64,000 bases of DNA from Malacoraja senta (GCA_038087875.1 JAXLNO010000520.1:1-64000); one strand, 5' to 3'; counted from the first letter of the stretch, positions 48,746 to 62,794 are shown. The notes: a model not told the origin generated them from the letters alone. Numbers and translations are program-made.

Positions 48746-50407
48746 TCTTTGCCTTGTAGCAACATTGGCTTTGAATGTTTATTGTTGTATTTTACTTTTG
48801 AATCATACCTATTCAGCAGGTAAATTAAATCCTATTATCTTCTGAATTTTTTAATAGATTAGCCTTTTACTTGCCCTTCCCTCTTTGACCACTGGTTTAT
48901 AGCTTTTTCATCTGGTCCTTCCCCTCGAGACACATGAATATATCAAGTTTTCTCTCACCTTTTACCTTTGTACTGATTTATATCAGCCTTCCACCTACCC
49001 TGCCCCCTCTGTCTCCACTGAAATGTCAGCCTTTTGCTATCATTATTCATTCCTCTTCCACTGCTTCTTTCCTCTTTTGAACTCACTGACAGGAGTGTTC
49101 CTGGTCCTAATCTTCTGATGCTCTCCAGCCTCACATAAAGGTGTTGTTACCCTGTGCCTGAAGGTATAGTCTATTCAGAATTCAACTTTCAAATGATAGC
49201 ACAGTGGTTCAGATGGTAGAGCCTCTGCCTCATAGCGTCAGAGGCCCGAGTTCAATCCTGACCTCATTGGCTTTGTGAAGTTTCCATGTTTTGCCTGTGA
49301 ACCTGTGGGTTTCCTCCAGGTGCTCTGGTTTCCTCCCACATCCCAAAGACATGTGGGTTTGCACGATAATTGGCCTAAGTGAGTATGGAGTGGATGTGAG
49401 AGTGGGATAACATGTGAGTGGGTGATCGATGGTTGGCATGAGCTCAGTGGGCCAAACGGTCATATCATGAAATTATCTCTATATCTCGAAACTAATCCAA
49501 ACGAACTTTTATAAGTTCTTAAGTTTATACGTCACAGGAGCAGAAGTAAGCTTCAAGTCTACTCTGCCATTCAATTATGGCTGATCTATCTCTCCCTCTC
49601 AACCCCATTGTCCCGCATTCTCCGCATAAATCATTGACATCCTTATAAGGTGCTGGAGTAATTCAGCGGGTCAGGCAGCATCTCTGGACTGCATGGATAG
49701 GTGACGTTTTGTTTTGGGACTTTTCTTCTGACCCGATCTTGTCCATGTTCTCTCTCGAGATGCTGCCTGACCAGCTGAGTTGCTCCAGCACTTTGCGGCT
49801 ATTTTTGTAAACCGGCATCTGCAGTTCCTTGTGCCTCTAACCTTTATCATCTTCTTCAAACGAGGGTGATTGAAATGATAATCTCAAAATGAAACTGAGT
49901 TAGCTCCAGGAATCTGCCATTGTCCTCTTTGATTTTGTACAGGATATCATTACAGCTCTCCTGTTTCACATACTGTGAAGCCTGGTGAAGTGTTGAAGGG
50001 CCCAACTGGTGATTCAGCTCTACTGATGATATTGTGTTTACAAACGTGTTGTGCTGCTGCATGTAAGAATTTAATTGTTCCGTTCCAGTACATATGACGA
50101 TGACACGCCCTTAATTCTTGAATCTTGATGCTCATTGCATTGCAGGAAAGCCAATGGTTCTTTACAAGAGTCCTGCCTCTTACTTTGCTGCTGCTGCTGC
50201 TGGTTCAATAGCTTGGCACATTTGCTGAGTAAACCATCAGTGATTTTATTTTCCATTACGAGCAACAAACAACCAAGCATCGGATGTCCATGCACGGCTA
50301 TAAAATGTTTTTGGATTCAAAGTTTGATGTAAGATATAATTTGTAAGATGGACATTTGTGAATGAGCTGGAAAGCCTGATGGCAGTAAACTTAAATGACA
50401 GCAATTT

Positions 50408-50712
50408 GTTTTTGTTTAGTTTAGAGATACAATGCGGAAACAGGCCCTTCGGCCCACCAAGTCTGCGCCCACCAGCGATCCTACACACACCAGGGACACA
50501 CACTAGTGACAAATTTTTGTACATTTCTACCAAGGCAATTAACCTAGAAACCTGCACATCTTCGGAGTGTGGGAGGAAACCAAATATCTCAGAGAAAACC
50601 CACGCAGGTCACGGGGAGAATGTACAAACTCCGTACAGACAGCACCCGTAGTCAGGATCGAATCCGGGTCTCTGGCGATGTAAGACAGTAGATCTTACAT
50701 GCCACCGTGCCG
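50408..50712 (-). mobile_element. V-SINE (HE1-like)
   Basis: Reverse complement of 25950-26256. Confidence 0.85.
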
Positions 50713-52540
50713 TCACTTTCTCAAGCATCGTTATCAAGGGAATATCCCAACACAGTGCACATGAGGATCATCAAACAGTATTTATTATGGAGGATGAAAT
50801 TGAAGAGATTGGTTGAAGATTTTGATTTTAAGATGAGTTTTAAAAAGTTAAGAAAGCCAGAGAAATAGAATGGGCTTAAAAGACACAAGGCACTGTTGCC
50901 AACAATCAAGGGATTAAAGGCCAAAATGGTGAAGTCATTTGCAGTGGAAGTTACCGAAGGAGCTTGGGCTGGGAATTTTAAAACTGAGGCTTTGTTCACC
51001 AGCTTGTCAGATACAAAAGGGTTGGATGAGCAAGATGCTTGTAACAGGATATTGGATGAAGTTAAATTTACAAACTCTAGTAGAAAAAAACGTAGTATTT
51101 ATTCATCTAGTTCAGATAGACGCACCTCTGAAGTCGACTTCTTCAGTTGCATTCACCTAATATTCTTCCTGGTCTTACGTACCTCACCGATTGCAGCATT
51201 GATGCAATAATAAGTGCAATCCCTATTAAAATAGTCTATTGAAATATTGGGCAACCTTTCTTTTTATCAACTTGTCCAGAAAATAAATAACATATACAAC
51301 ATCAGTTCAAATAGGGATTACCAAATCATCATATTTATACAGTAATGGATTAGTTGAGGACCGAGCAGTGAAGAAAGATAATTTAGACTAATGCGCATAT
51401 TCAGTGCTATAGTTCATACAAATAACTTAGAGCCTGAAGGAGTTATTTCAGGATTTCATAATGGATGGTAAGTAAGAGCTATCAGCCCTTACAGCATTAC
51501 CAATCAGTAATGCCTCTACACTGTGGATCTGACACCAACTGTGATTTCTCATCGAGTTGGTGCAATCGAAAACACAGAGGTCAACTTGAGCGAAACACAA
51601 TTGGTGAACTGTTTCAGAATGCATCAAGCCCAGTCCAGGACGTGATTACAGAAAGTGAACAGCAATCCATTTTGCTCTGCCAGGTCGAGGCGTTTGCAAG
51701 AATCAATGAGTTAAGTTCCATGGTGGAGCTCAACAACAGCAAATGTGGTTCCTTTGCCCTATTTCATTGTAGTTAAAAGCACATTTTTATAGTCTGCGCG
51801 GCCAACTCTGCAAACTAATTTAGAGGCAAATGTAATTCATTCCAAAAGGCCTTCAGTGAGGTGTTAGTAATGAATATAGGAATGAAAGGATATGATCACA
51901 GAATTAATTCAATACAATTACCTGAGAATGGTGTAGATATTCAGAATGACATAACATAGAAGGTGAGGTAAAATATTATTGCTAGGGCTTCTAAGGCACA
52001 CAATTTAAATTAACAATTTAGAAATCAAAAATGCATTTTCTACGTTTGTGATTAACATTAAATGTGTATGGTCTTTGCAGGGGAGGATGGCTTCAACATA
52101 TATACAAGAAGATATTATTCCGTTTATAGAATGGGCAGATAATTGGGCAATTAATTTGAATTTGAAATTTGCGGAGAAAAATAACTTTATATTTGTAAGA
52201 TTTTTTAAAATATAAAGCGAACAGTGACCACTGTTCATTTTGCCAGGAGTTTAAAGGGCAAGAGATTATGGCTCAGCTAGCAGAGACCCCTCTCTAATCT
52301 GTCAATGAAATACACCAAGAAGAAGAAGGAATCAATAGCCAATAAAGTGGAAAATTAGAATGTAGCTGAGTGGAGGAACAGGATGATGGAGTTTAAATGT
52401 ACATACTCCTAGAAATAGTGATTCAGGTTAATAAAGACATAACATTAGAAAGCTGGGGATTCATGATTCTTTCCAGAAGCATGAAATTGAATAGTAGAAA
52501 AGTTAAATTCAATGCATCAAACAATGTTTAAATTATAAAA

Positions 52541-52735
52541 AGGACATAGTGCTGGAGTAACTCAGCAGGTCAGGTAGCATCTCTGGAGAACATGGACAGG
52601 TGATGTTTCGGGTCGACAGCCTTCTTCAGACGAATAGTCGCGACCTGAAACGTCACCTATCCATGTTCTCCAGAGATGCTGCCTGACATGCTGAGTTTCT
52701 CCAGCACTTTGTGGCCTATTGTGTATTAACCAGCA
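52541..52735. mobile_element. Palindromic Penelope-derived mini-element
   Basis: agtgctggagtaactcagca...gtttcgggtcgacagccttcttcag / gacctgaaacgtcacc...tgctgagtttctccagcact. Confidence 0.82.
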
Positions 52736-53589
52736 TGAATAATCCTTTTGTTTCTACTGATGTTTAAACTATTCTGCCTACCTACAACACATTGGAGGCT
52801 TTAAAATTGTTTCCTCGGCATCCTTGTGCCATGCATGAAAATCATGAAAGTCCCCCCCCCCCTTGCCTCCACTCAATTTAAGCACTGGGTACTAAAAATT
52901 GAGATCACAATTTATAATTAAAAATCTATACAATTAAAAATACATGGTTGCATGGTGAGCTCTATGCTGCAGCTGATCATCATACTTTCCTGTTTGCTTT
53001 CTGCAAATTGGTTTAAAATGTCCTTTTTGCTGCATCAAGCTTGCCCGTTGGAGAAATTAAGTACTATTTCATCAATATTTCTCCAGGCAATATTTGCTTC
53101 TTTGTAAATATAAAATCCACATTTATTTTTTTCTTTACAGATAAAAGGTCTTGAAAAAATCGTATAGTACTTGGGATCATAATCAGTCACTACAATGCTG
53201 CTCACATCTTTCCTCTGCATTTCTATCAAGCAACATGTTTCTGACTGACTGAGTATATTGACATTTTGAGCAAAGCAGTGGGATTCATGCTCTGCAACAA
53301 TTGAAATATAAGATTTCCAGTCAGATAGTTGAGTGAATTGAGCGAATGTTATAGCTTCATTGATTTCTACATTCGTTCATTTAAAATTATGTAGGTTAAT
53401 GGAGATGTGGGTTGTGCAATGATAGTCTGATTCTCATAGGTCGTGAGGGAGCAGGGTTCTCGATCTTGGACCTGTGATGTCTCATCAGCAGTCCATTCAA
53501 AATAATGATTTTTTTCCCTCAAAATGTTCCTTAAAGCTGGCTTCCTTTTCCAGGGTAATAGATCGAACACTTGCTCATACCATATAAAC

Positions 53590-55540
53590 ATATAACAATT
53601 ACAGAACGAAAACAGGCCATCTCGGCCCTTCTAGTCCGTGCCAAACACTTATTCCCACCTAGTCCCATCTACCTGCACTCAGACCATAACCCTCCATTCT
53701 TTTCCCGTCCATATACCTATCCAATTAATTTTTAAATGATAAAATCGAACCTGCCTCCAGCACTTCCACTGGGAGCTCATTCCACACAGCCACCACTCTC
53801 TGAGTAAAGAAGTTCCCCCTCATGTTACCCCTAAACTTTTTTTTTTTTTTTTGAAAATATTTTTTATTGGAGAAAAGTACACAACCTATTAACATCATTG
53901 CAGTCTTACATTTTTAAATTGATAATATTATCAATTATTATTACATTGTCTCCAATACCTTTTGCCTTTTTTTTTTTTTTTTTTAACTAGATAGAACTAA
54001 AAAGATAGACGAAGTAAAGAAAGAAAAGAATGAGAAGAAAAAGAGAAAAGAGAAAACAAAAAAAAAAAAAAACAAACAAAAAAAAAAAAAAAGAAAAAGA
54101 TAGTTAAAGAAGAATGGAAAATTTTATTAAAGTAAAAAACTTCATTCGAAATATATTCGTACATTTCAGAGTATAGCATTTCATCCATTCTTTAGCCCGA
54201 GCATTAGTCAGGTTCCCGTGCTGAACCATTCTGACCCTTTAAATAATCAATAAAGGGAGACCATGTTCCAACGAATAATTCCTGTTTGTCCAACAGAGAA
54301 AATCTGATTCTTTCCACGTTTAAGGTCTCCGTCATTTCTATAATCCACATTTTGATTGTGGGGGCCGTTGGGCCTTTCCAAAATTTTAGAATTAATTTTT
54401 TTCCAGTTATTATACTATAATCAATAAAGTTTCTTTGTGTTGTTGTAAATGTTTGATTTAATTCTGATGTTCCAAGTATTATAAATTTTGGATCCGGGTC
54501 CACTTGTGTGCTGGTCACTTTAGATATTATACTAAAAATATTTACCCAGAATTTTTTAATTTATATACAGTTTGCAAACATATGAGATAAGGTAGCTTCT
54601 AAATGTTGACATTTATCACATATAGGTGAGATATGTTGAAAGATTTTATGTAATTTTGTTTTTGAATAATGTAACCTATGTATTACTTTAAATTGTATTA
54701 AAGAATGTCTGGCATTTAATGAACATTGATGTATATGTTGTAAACTTTCTTCCCAAGTATCTTTCGTTATTATTTGATTTAATTATTTTTCCCATGTTTG
54801 TCTGTGTAAGTCCGTCGATGGAATGTCGCTGTCTAATAAGATATTATATATATAAGATATTAATTTTTCTGTATTAGGATGTTTATTCCAACATTCGTCA
54901 AGAATTTCTGAATTTCTAATTCGAAAATTTTGAGTATTCGATTTTACATAATCTCTGAGTTGAAGATATCTGAAATAATCATTTCCTCGAAGTCCATAAG
55001 TCTGTTGCAACTCATGAAATGTCAGAAAAGTGCCTTCCTTATAAAGTTGTCCCATATTTTTAATTCCATAATTCTTCCATTGTGTAAAACCCCTGTCCAA
55101 CCATGAGGGTTTAAACAAAGGGTTATTCACAATTGGGAGAAAAAGTGATAAATTATCTAATTTTAATGTCTTTTTTAATTGTTTCCAAATTCGTATGGCA
55201 CTAAATATTATAGGGTTTTCCCTATAAATTTTTTTGTTTAATTTAGATGTAGCAAATAATATCGAACCGATATCAAAAGGCAAACAATCTTCCTTTTCCA
55301 TTTTTAACCAATCTGTTACCCCTAAACTTCTGTCCCTTAATTCTCAAATCATGTCCTCTTGTTTGAATCTTCCCTACTCTCAATGGAAACAGCTTATCCA
55401 CGTCAACTCTGTCTATCCCTCTCATCATTTTAAAGACCTCTATCAAGTCCCCCCTTAACCTTCTGCGCTCCAAAGAATAAAGGCCTAACTTGTTCAACCT
55501 TTCTCTGTAACCTAGCTGCTGAAACCCAGGCAACATTCTG
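53590..55540 (-). mobile_element. CR1 3' fragment (53590-53838 plus 55314-55540), split by an L1
   Basis: LGYRERLNKLGLYSLERRRLRGDLIEVFK...TRGHDLRIKGQKFRGN continues past the insertion into ttctttactcagagagtggtg. Confidence 0.9.
53839..55313 (-). mobile_element. 5'-truncated L1-clade LINE (ORF2 C-terminus, 3' UTR, poly-A)
   Basis: 16-bp TSD tgttacccctaaactt (53823-53838 and 55314-55329) and a poly-T run at the left end. Peptides YFRYLQLRDYV, CDKCQHLEATLSHMFANC (CCHC knuckle) and WSPFIDYL. Confidence 0.92.
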
Positions 55541-56147
55541 GTAAAATGAACTCATGGACATAATTGTGACTGTAAAAACTATCTGGAGAATATTTCATAC
55601 ACTTACCTGTTTTGTAACGAGTCATAATTTTGGGTTTAATTTAGTGACTGCTTTATTGGAAAGACTGAAGTAACATAATTTAAACAAACTTACTCAACAT
55701 ACTGAATCATAAATTAATTGCTGGATTTAACAATCCTTAGTAATTCAGGACAGAAAGTGAGAGGAATTATGTTTGAAAAAACAATGAGAGCAGAACGAGT
55801 ACAGAATATTTACATCAGTATCATAAAGTTAATTGGAGTTGTGTCAAACATAATTGTCTTGCATTTGTATGGTTTGAGTGAATTATAACAAAATATGAAT
55901 AATTCTTAATGTTGCTTGAAGTTACCAATTCCTTCTCTCAGCAAGGTACAAAACTGTTCCTCCTAAGAAGATCTCCTTGCAAAACTGTACAGCAGGGCAT
56001 CCCTGCATCTTCCTGTTTCCAGGTTTTTACATCTAAAAATGTATTGTCATGACTCAAGATGGGTTCTGACCTGAATCGTCGCTTATTCATGTCCTCCAGA
56101 AATGCTGCCTGGCCTGCTGAGTTACTCCAGCACTATGTGTTAGGGTT

Positions 56148-56964
56148 TGTAGGGAAATTGGCTACTTTAAAATGGGACTTGACATACAGGTGTAAATACA
56201 CTCTTCTAAAGCTTACCCCCCCCCCCCCTTCCCTAACCTAAAGTAAAAAACACTGACTCAAGCACTGGACCAACTAAACTTTATTTTTATAATAAACAGC
56301 AAATACCTAAACAACCGCGGGTTTGATCCTTGTCTCTGCCTGGCCAAGCCCTTCAGCCTCGTGCAAGCAGACACTGGCCAAAAGGTAACGCATTCCCAAG
56401 CGCCCTTCCAGAAGATCGACACTGATAAAAAATGGGGCTACCTTTTATAGGTCCACGAACCTTGAGGGGCCAAACTACATAGGGGTGGTCCCCTTATAAT
56501 CCAATCAAATATATCAATTACATCAATACATTATTGACAGTTCCCCAATCCAATTACAGAGAGTCTACAACAATATTTCTTACGGGAACTTCTGGAAAGA
56601 AGCTAGTCAACTGAATAATGCAACATTTACCCTGGAACATAAAACAATTCTGCTAGGGCTTAACACTTTGGCCAATCAACAAACAGCAGGGTAACTGTCT
56701 TGCAACACTATTTAGATTATTTACAATTATTTTGCAGCAATCATGCATTTACAATACTTTGGAGGTCCTCTGCAAGATTTTCATACATACTTACAATGGC
56801 AGAGATACTTGTACATTTCTTCTCTGAGACACTGATCTGGGACCTAGACTTCCCGGCACCAGCCAGCATCCTGTGGCTTCTTATACAGAAATACAAGGCC
56901 ATAAAGGCCTTGTAATGCATGAATCCTCTGCTTTATTTTGGCTCTATTTTGGCCAGGATTTACA
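56148..56964 (-). mobile_element. Solo LTR (TGTA...TACA)
   Basis: TGTA/TACA ends, minus-strand TATA (ttttata near 56443) and AATAAA (tttatt near 56280), CCAAT boxes. Related to 32641-33398. No clean TSD. Confidence 0.65.
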
Positions 56965-57934
56965 CAGGGAATGGATGAAAAAGAGGGATAACACAGAACT
57001 TATGTGAACAGGTGATCAATGGTCGATGTGCTCAGTGGGCCTGAAAGCCTGTTATAGTGCTGTATCTCTAAAAATTACAAGAAGCAAAGCAAAATCAAAT
57101 ATTACAATTCTAGAACACTATTCTTTCCTTCATTGGACCTTTGTCCCACGTCCTCCAACATAATTGATCTTTTTTCAACAATGACCTCTAATTTCTCTCC
57201 TTCCATTCTTAGAATCTTATCTGCACTCCACCCATTGAGGACTTAATCTCCAAGACAGTATTACATCCATTCAGGACTACTGACGATGACTCTATCTCAC
57301 TCCATTTAATCTTTGCTGTTTTCTGTTCCCCTTGAGCAATGACCTCTTGCTGCACACCACTGAGCCTTCATGATTACCTTCCCCTGTCTATCCATCACTG
57401 TCCACCACCTTCGCAGAAAACCATCAGACAGATTTGGTTTCTTAGATCCCTTTTGTTTCTGCCATTACATTTTACTTCCCCAGGGGGATGTCATCTGTAC
57501 ATCATTGTCTGCTCACCACCTCTCTCTGTCTGTCTGTCTGTCTCTCTTTCTTAATGCTGACAACTTCATGGGATATCACTGCTAAATAGAAATGCAGGGT
57601 GATGATAGGCAGCATTAATAGTGCTTCACGCAAAATTAGATTAACTAAATAATACAAAATAACAACTTTTAGATGCGGCACAGCGGTGTAGCTGGGAGAA
57701 CTGTTGCTTCACAGCTCCAGAGATTTGGGTTTGATTCCAACTTTGGAGATTGGAGATTACACGCACTACCTGTCACTGCATGGGTTACCTCCAGGGAGTT
57801 CCTGTTTCTTCCCATATCCCAAACAAGTGTGGGTGAGGGTTAATTGGCCACCTAAAATTGCCCCTGGTTACCAATGGGGAAATCCTGTAAACCTAGGTGG
57901 ACGGAGCATAAACGCTCAACGAAACAGGCGGTGA

Positions 57935-58715
57935 GTCTACCCTTGGTATCACCGTTGCACAGGAGGCCACATCGGGAACATCAGATGCAGTAGATGTGGT
58001 TAGAGGAGAATCACGGAGAGCTCTGTCTCACTTGGAAGGGTCCCTGGTGTCCCTGAATGGAGGCGAGGGAGGAGCTATAGGGACAGATGATACAAGCTAT
58101 AGGGACAGATGACACATGTTGCAGGGGAAAGTACCTGGAGAGGGAAAGGTTTGTGTGGGTAGGGATGAGTGAACCAAGGAGTTGCGGAGGGAGTGGTCTC
58201 TGCAGACGGCAGACAGGGGTGGAGACGGTGAAATGTGACTGGTGGTGGGATCACATCGGAGGTGACAGAAATGTCGGAGGATGACGTGTTGGATACGAAG
58301 GCTGGTAGGGATGAAAGGAGATGACCAGCGGAACTCTTTACTTCTTATATCTTGTGGGAGGGGTAGTGAGAGATCTATGGGACATAGAGGAGAGACGGGA
58401 GGAATCCATCTTTGACAGCAGAAGGGAACCTAAGAAAGATGACATCTCAGATGTCCTAGAATGGAACGTCTCATTGTGGGAGCAGATATGGCAGAGACGG
58501 AGGAATTGAGAGTAGATGATAGCACCTTTGAAAGACGGAGGGTGGGAGGAAGTGTTGTCCAGATAACTGTAGGAGTCGGTAGGTTGGTAGTAGGTGTCAG
58601 TCGATAGTCTGCCCCCTGTGATGGAGACTAAGAGATCAAGAAAGCGGAGAGAGATATTAGAGATAGTCCAGATGAACTTGAGGACAGGGTGGAAGTTAGT
58701 GAAGATAATTAAATC
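57935..58715 (-). mobile_element. Degraded Penelope-like RT fragment
   Basis: ORF 58338..58787 NFHPVLKFIWTIS..LRFLDLLV...TDTYYQPTDSYSYLD.TSSHP...IIYSQFLRLCHICS. Confidence 0.85.
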
Positions 58716-58756
58716 AATTTTCTGCATTGGCGTAGGAGGCAGCCCTGATGCAGTCG

Positions 58757-58945
58757 ATCTCTGATTATTGTAGTTAATTGCTGTCATTTTCTACCTTAGA
58801 AGAACGGATGGAAAATGAAATACTAAAGAGAGAGAGAGAGAGAGAGTCTCTTTCCAATGAAACCATTGAATCACGTCTTTAGTATTTCATTTTACATCCG
58901 TTCTAAGGTACAAAATGACAGCAATTAACTAAATTGATCAAAGAT
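58757..58945. repeat. AT-rich inverted repeat (arms about 55-70 bp) around a (GA)n spacer; MITE-like
   Basis: tagttaattgctgtcattttctaccttaga..acggatggaaaatgaaatactaaaga vs tctttagtatttcattttacatccgttctaaggtacaaaatgacagcaattaacta. Confidence 0.85.
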
Positions 58946-59621
58946 TAAATAATCTTTAAAATCTACAGATTACAATCTAGTCAATATTAATAACCTCAGT
59001 AGATGTATGAATCATGATCATTACATTTATGAGAAAACACAGATGCTCATTTCTTGTCAAGTGGGAGGTGCGCAGCTGGAATTGAAATATGTGTGCAATA
59101 CACATAGCTTCCAGAAAAGTCATTAGAATGCATATGTTAGCCACATCCATCCCTTAATAATCATGCCAACTGATGACTCATTATTTTGGCATTAGATCAG
59201 TAGATTCAGATCACAGAGGTAATGAAATATGGCAGCGGTTGTGGTACGCCTAAACCCTCAGAATCCGGACACATTGTGGAGAAGATCATGAAAGTAAAGC
59301 CAAGTATTTGTGAACCTGTCATCTTCAATGGAAAGGCAGTGGGGAAAGTGGGGTCACCAGTGGTGCAGCTGGTGGGGCTGCTGCCTCACAGCGTCAGAAA
59401 CCTAGGTTTAATCCCGACCTCGGATGTTGTCTGTGAGGCGATCGCATGTTCTGCCCTGACCTTGTGGGTTTCCTCCGGGTGCTCCAGTTTCCTCGCACGT
59501 CCCAAAGATGCGTGGGTTTGCAGGTTCTGGCCTCTGTAAGTTGCCCTCTAGTGTGTAGGGAATGGTTGCCAAACTAGGATAATGTAGATCGGCATGATAG
59601 GGTGTCACGGTGGCACAGCGG

Positions 59622-62600
59622 TCAAGTCAAGTCAAGTTTATTCGTCACATACACATACGAGATGTGCAGTGAAATGAAAATTGGCAATGCTCGCGGATTG
59701 TGCAAAAAAAAAACCAAAAAAAACTACAAACAGAATCACATATTCACATATTACATATTTGTGGGAGGGAAGCAAAAGGAAAAAAAAAGCAATTTTTAAA
59801 AGACATCACACAACAGTAAAATGGTCCAGTAAAGTTAGTCCCTAGAGAGACAGGAGTTTACAGTCCTAATGGTCTCTGGGAAGAAACTCCTTCTCAACCT
59901 CTCCGTTCTCACAGCATGGCAACGGAGGCGTTTGCCTCACCGTAGCAGCTGGAACAGTCCGTTGCAGGGGTGGAAGGGGTCTCCCATGATCTTATTGTCT
60001 CTGGATCTGCACCTTCTGATGTATAGTTCCTGCAGAGGGGCGAGTGTAGTTCCCATTGTGCGTTCGGCCGAACGCACTACTCTCTGCAGAGCCTTCTTGT
60101 CCTGGGCAGAGCAATTCCCAAACCAGATTGTGATATTTCCGGACAAGATGCTTTCCACAGCCGCTGAGTAGAAGCACTGGAGGATCCTCGGAGACACTCT
60201 GAATTTCCTCAATTGCCTGAGGTGGTAAAGGCGCTGCCTTGCCTTACTCACGAGTGCTGCAGCGTGTGATGTCCATGTCATATCCTCAGAGATGTGGACT
60301 CTCAGGTATTTAAAACAGCTCACCCTATCCACAGTATCCCCATTTATCTTCAATGGTGTGTACGTCCTCGGATGTTGAGCCCTCCTAAAGTCCACGATCA
60401 GCTCCTTAGTTTTTTTGACATTCAAGAGGAGGCTGTTGTCCTGACACCAGAGTGCCAGATCAGCCACCTCCTCCCGGTGGGCCTTCTCATCGTTATCTGA
60501 GATCAGGCCCACCACCACAGTGTCATCAGCAAACTTGATTATCGAGTTGGAGCTGAACCTGGCCACACAGTCACGTATGTACAGGGAGTACAGTAGGGGG
60601 GCTGAGGACGCAGCCCCGGGGGGATCCTGTGCTCAGGGTGAGGGACTTCGATGTATTTCCTCCCATCTTGACTACTTGGGGCCTGGTGGTGAGAAAGTCC
60701 AGGACCCAGGCACACAGGGGGTTGTTGAGGCCCAATTCCAGCAGCTTCTCGACCAGTCTGGTGGGGACTATCGTGTTGAAGGCTGAACTGAAGTCTATGA
60801 ACAGCATCCTCACGTAGCCCCCCTTCTGGCTGTCAAGATGAGAGAGAGCGGTGTGCAGAACCTGGGAGACTGCATCGTCCGTGGATCTGTTCGGACGGTA
60901 CGCGAATTGTAGCGGGTCCATGTTGCGAGGGAGGAAGGCGCAGATGTGTTTCTTCACCAGCCTCTCAAAGCATTTCATGACTACTGAGGTGAGAGCCACC
61001 GGACGGTAGTCATTCAGACAGGCTGGGGAGGCATTTTTAGGTACCGGTACGATGATGGATCTTTTGAAGCAGACAGGGACCGCGGAATTGTCCAGGGAGA
61101 GGTTGAATATTGTAGTGAACACCGGATCTAGCTGTGTAGCACAGGACTTAAGTACTCGCCCCGAGATGCCATCGGGGCCTCCAGCTTTCCTCGTGTTCAC
61201 CCGTGTCAGAGCCCTCCTCACGTCGTGCTCGGACAACGAGAATGTGTGCACATTCCTCCCTTCAGCACGCTGGCGGTATTGTCGTTAGTCGGCAGACCTG
61301 GGGTGGTGTTGCCCGTCTCGAAACGAGCGTAGAAGGAGTTCAGGTCATCAGCTAGGGAGGTGCCGGCACTTCCAGTTGAGGGGGTGCTGCTCCGGTAGTT
61401 GGTTACAGTCCGTAGCCCCTGCCACAGGCGTCTGGTGTCCTGCTGCTCCATCTGTGACTCCATCTTGTCCCTGTACCTCCTTTTTGCGTCCTTCACCGCC
61501 CTTCGCAGTCGGTAGGACTCTACCTTGTAGACGTCCATATTTCCGGATGCCAGGCCCGAGTTGTAGTCAGCGGTGCGAGCATTCAAGGCCACACGAACGG
61601 ACCTGTCTACCCAGGGTTTTTGATTCGGAAAGGTGCTAACCCTTACCGTGGGGACGATGTTGTCAGTTATTGTTGCGATGAAGTCCGTGACCGCTTCCGC
61701 GAACTCACTGACGTCACTGGAACTTGCGTGGAACATATTCCAGTCGACATCTGTCAGTGCATCTTGCAGCATGGCCTCTGTCTGGTCGGACCAGCGCTCT
61801 ACGTCCCTCGTCACTGCCGCTTCCCGAACTATCCTCTGTTTATACTCCGGCCGCAGGAAAATGGCAGCGTGGTCAGATTATCCTAAGGGAGGGAGTGAAA
61901 CGGCCTTGTAGCCCTTCCGGAACGGCGTATAGCAGTGGTCCAATGTTCTCTCCCCCCGGTGGCACACGTGATGTGTTGGTAGAAGTTCTGCATGACCTTC
62001 TTGGGATTTGACTCATTAAAATCTCCACCATAGCCGCATCCGGGTTCTTGTTTTGATGTCGACACAGCACACCGTGTAGGGCCGATAGTCCCACGTCGGT
62101 GTCCGCATGCGGTGGAATGTAGACGGCTGTGACGATCACTGAGCCAAACCCCCGGGGAAGGTAGAATGGGCGGCATGAGATCGTCAGGTGCTCCAGGTCC
62201 GGCGAGCAGGAACGGGAAAGCATCTTGATATTTCCAGGGTTGCACCAGTTGTTATTGGTCATGAGGCAGACTCCTCCACCCTTGGATTTCCCAGATGCTT
62301 CTGTTCTGTCAGCACGGTGTCAGCGAGGTCAGCCATGTCTCGGTCAGGCAGAGGATGTTGCAGTCCATTATGTCCCGCTGGAATCTGATCCTCGCCCTGA
62401 TGTCATCCAGCTTGTTTTCCTGGGACTGGACGTTCGCCAGAAGAATGCTGGGCAGAGGAGGACGAAAGGCTTGGGCTCTCAGCCTATTCCGAATCCCCCC
62501 CCCGCTTACCCCGGTGTTTTCTCCGTGTTTTCCTTGTAGCCGAGCTCCCATTGTTGTTGCACCAGCCTCTGTTGATCTCTGCTGGCCAATGCTGGATCGG

Positions 62601-62794
62601 CAAGTACAGCGTTTAAAAAGTCTCCGTTTTCGCTAGGGTTTAGATTTAAGAGGGTTTCCCTCCCATACTTTGTTAGTACTAGGGAGTTGGAACTTAGAAA
62701 CAAGTTAAAAAGGAACACGAAAGTTAAAAATATGCACAGTTTCCGCGGAGCTGCCACGACGGCGACTGGAGAGGGCCGCGCCATCTTTGTTTTC
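59622..62794 (-). mobile_element. Near-full-length Rex1/Babar-type LINE (EN + RT, several frameshifts) inserted in a V-SINE head
   Basis: [69 protein letters not shown] and IKFADDT. 5' end aagatggcg; tail aataaa(cttga)n. SINE 'ggtggcacagcggt|agag' resumes at about 62795. Confidence 0.93.

Noticed and set aside
51465..51776. 103-aa ATG-initiated ORF
   Set aside because: No recognisable domain or exon boundaries; length is compatible with chance.
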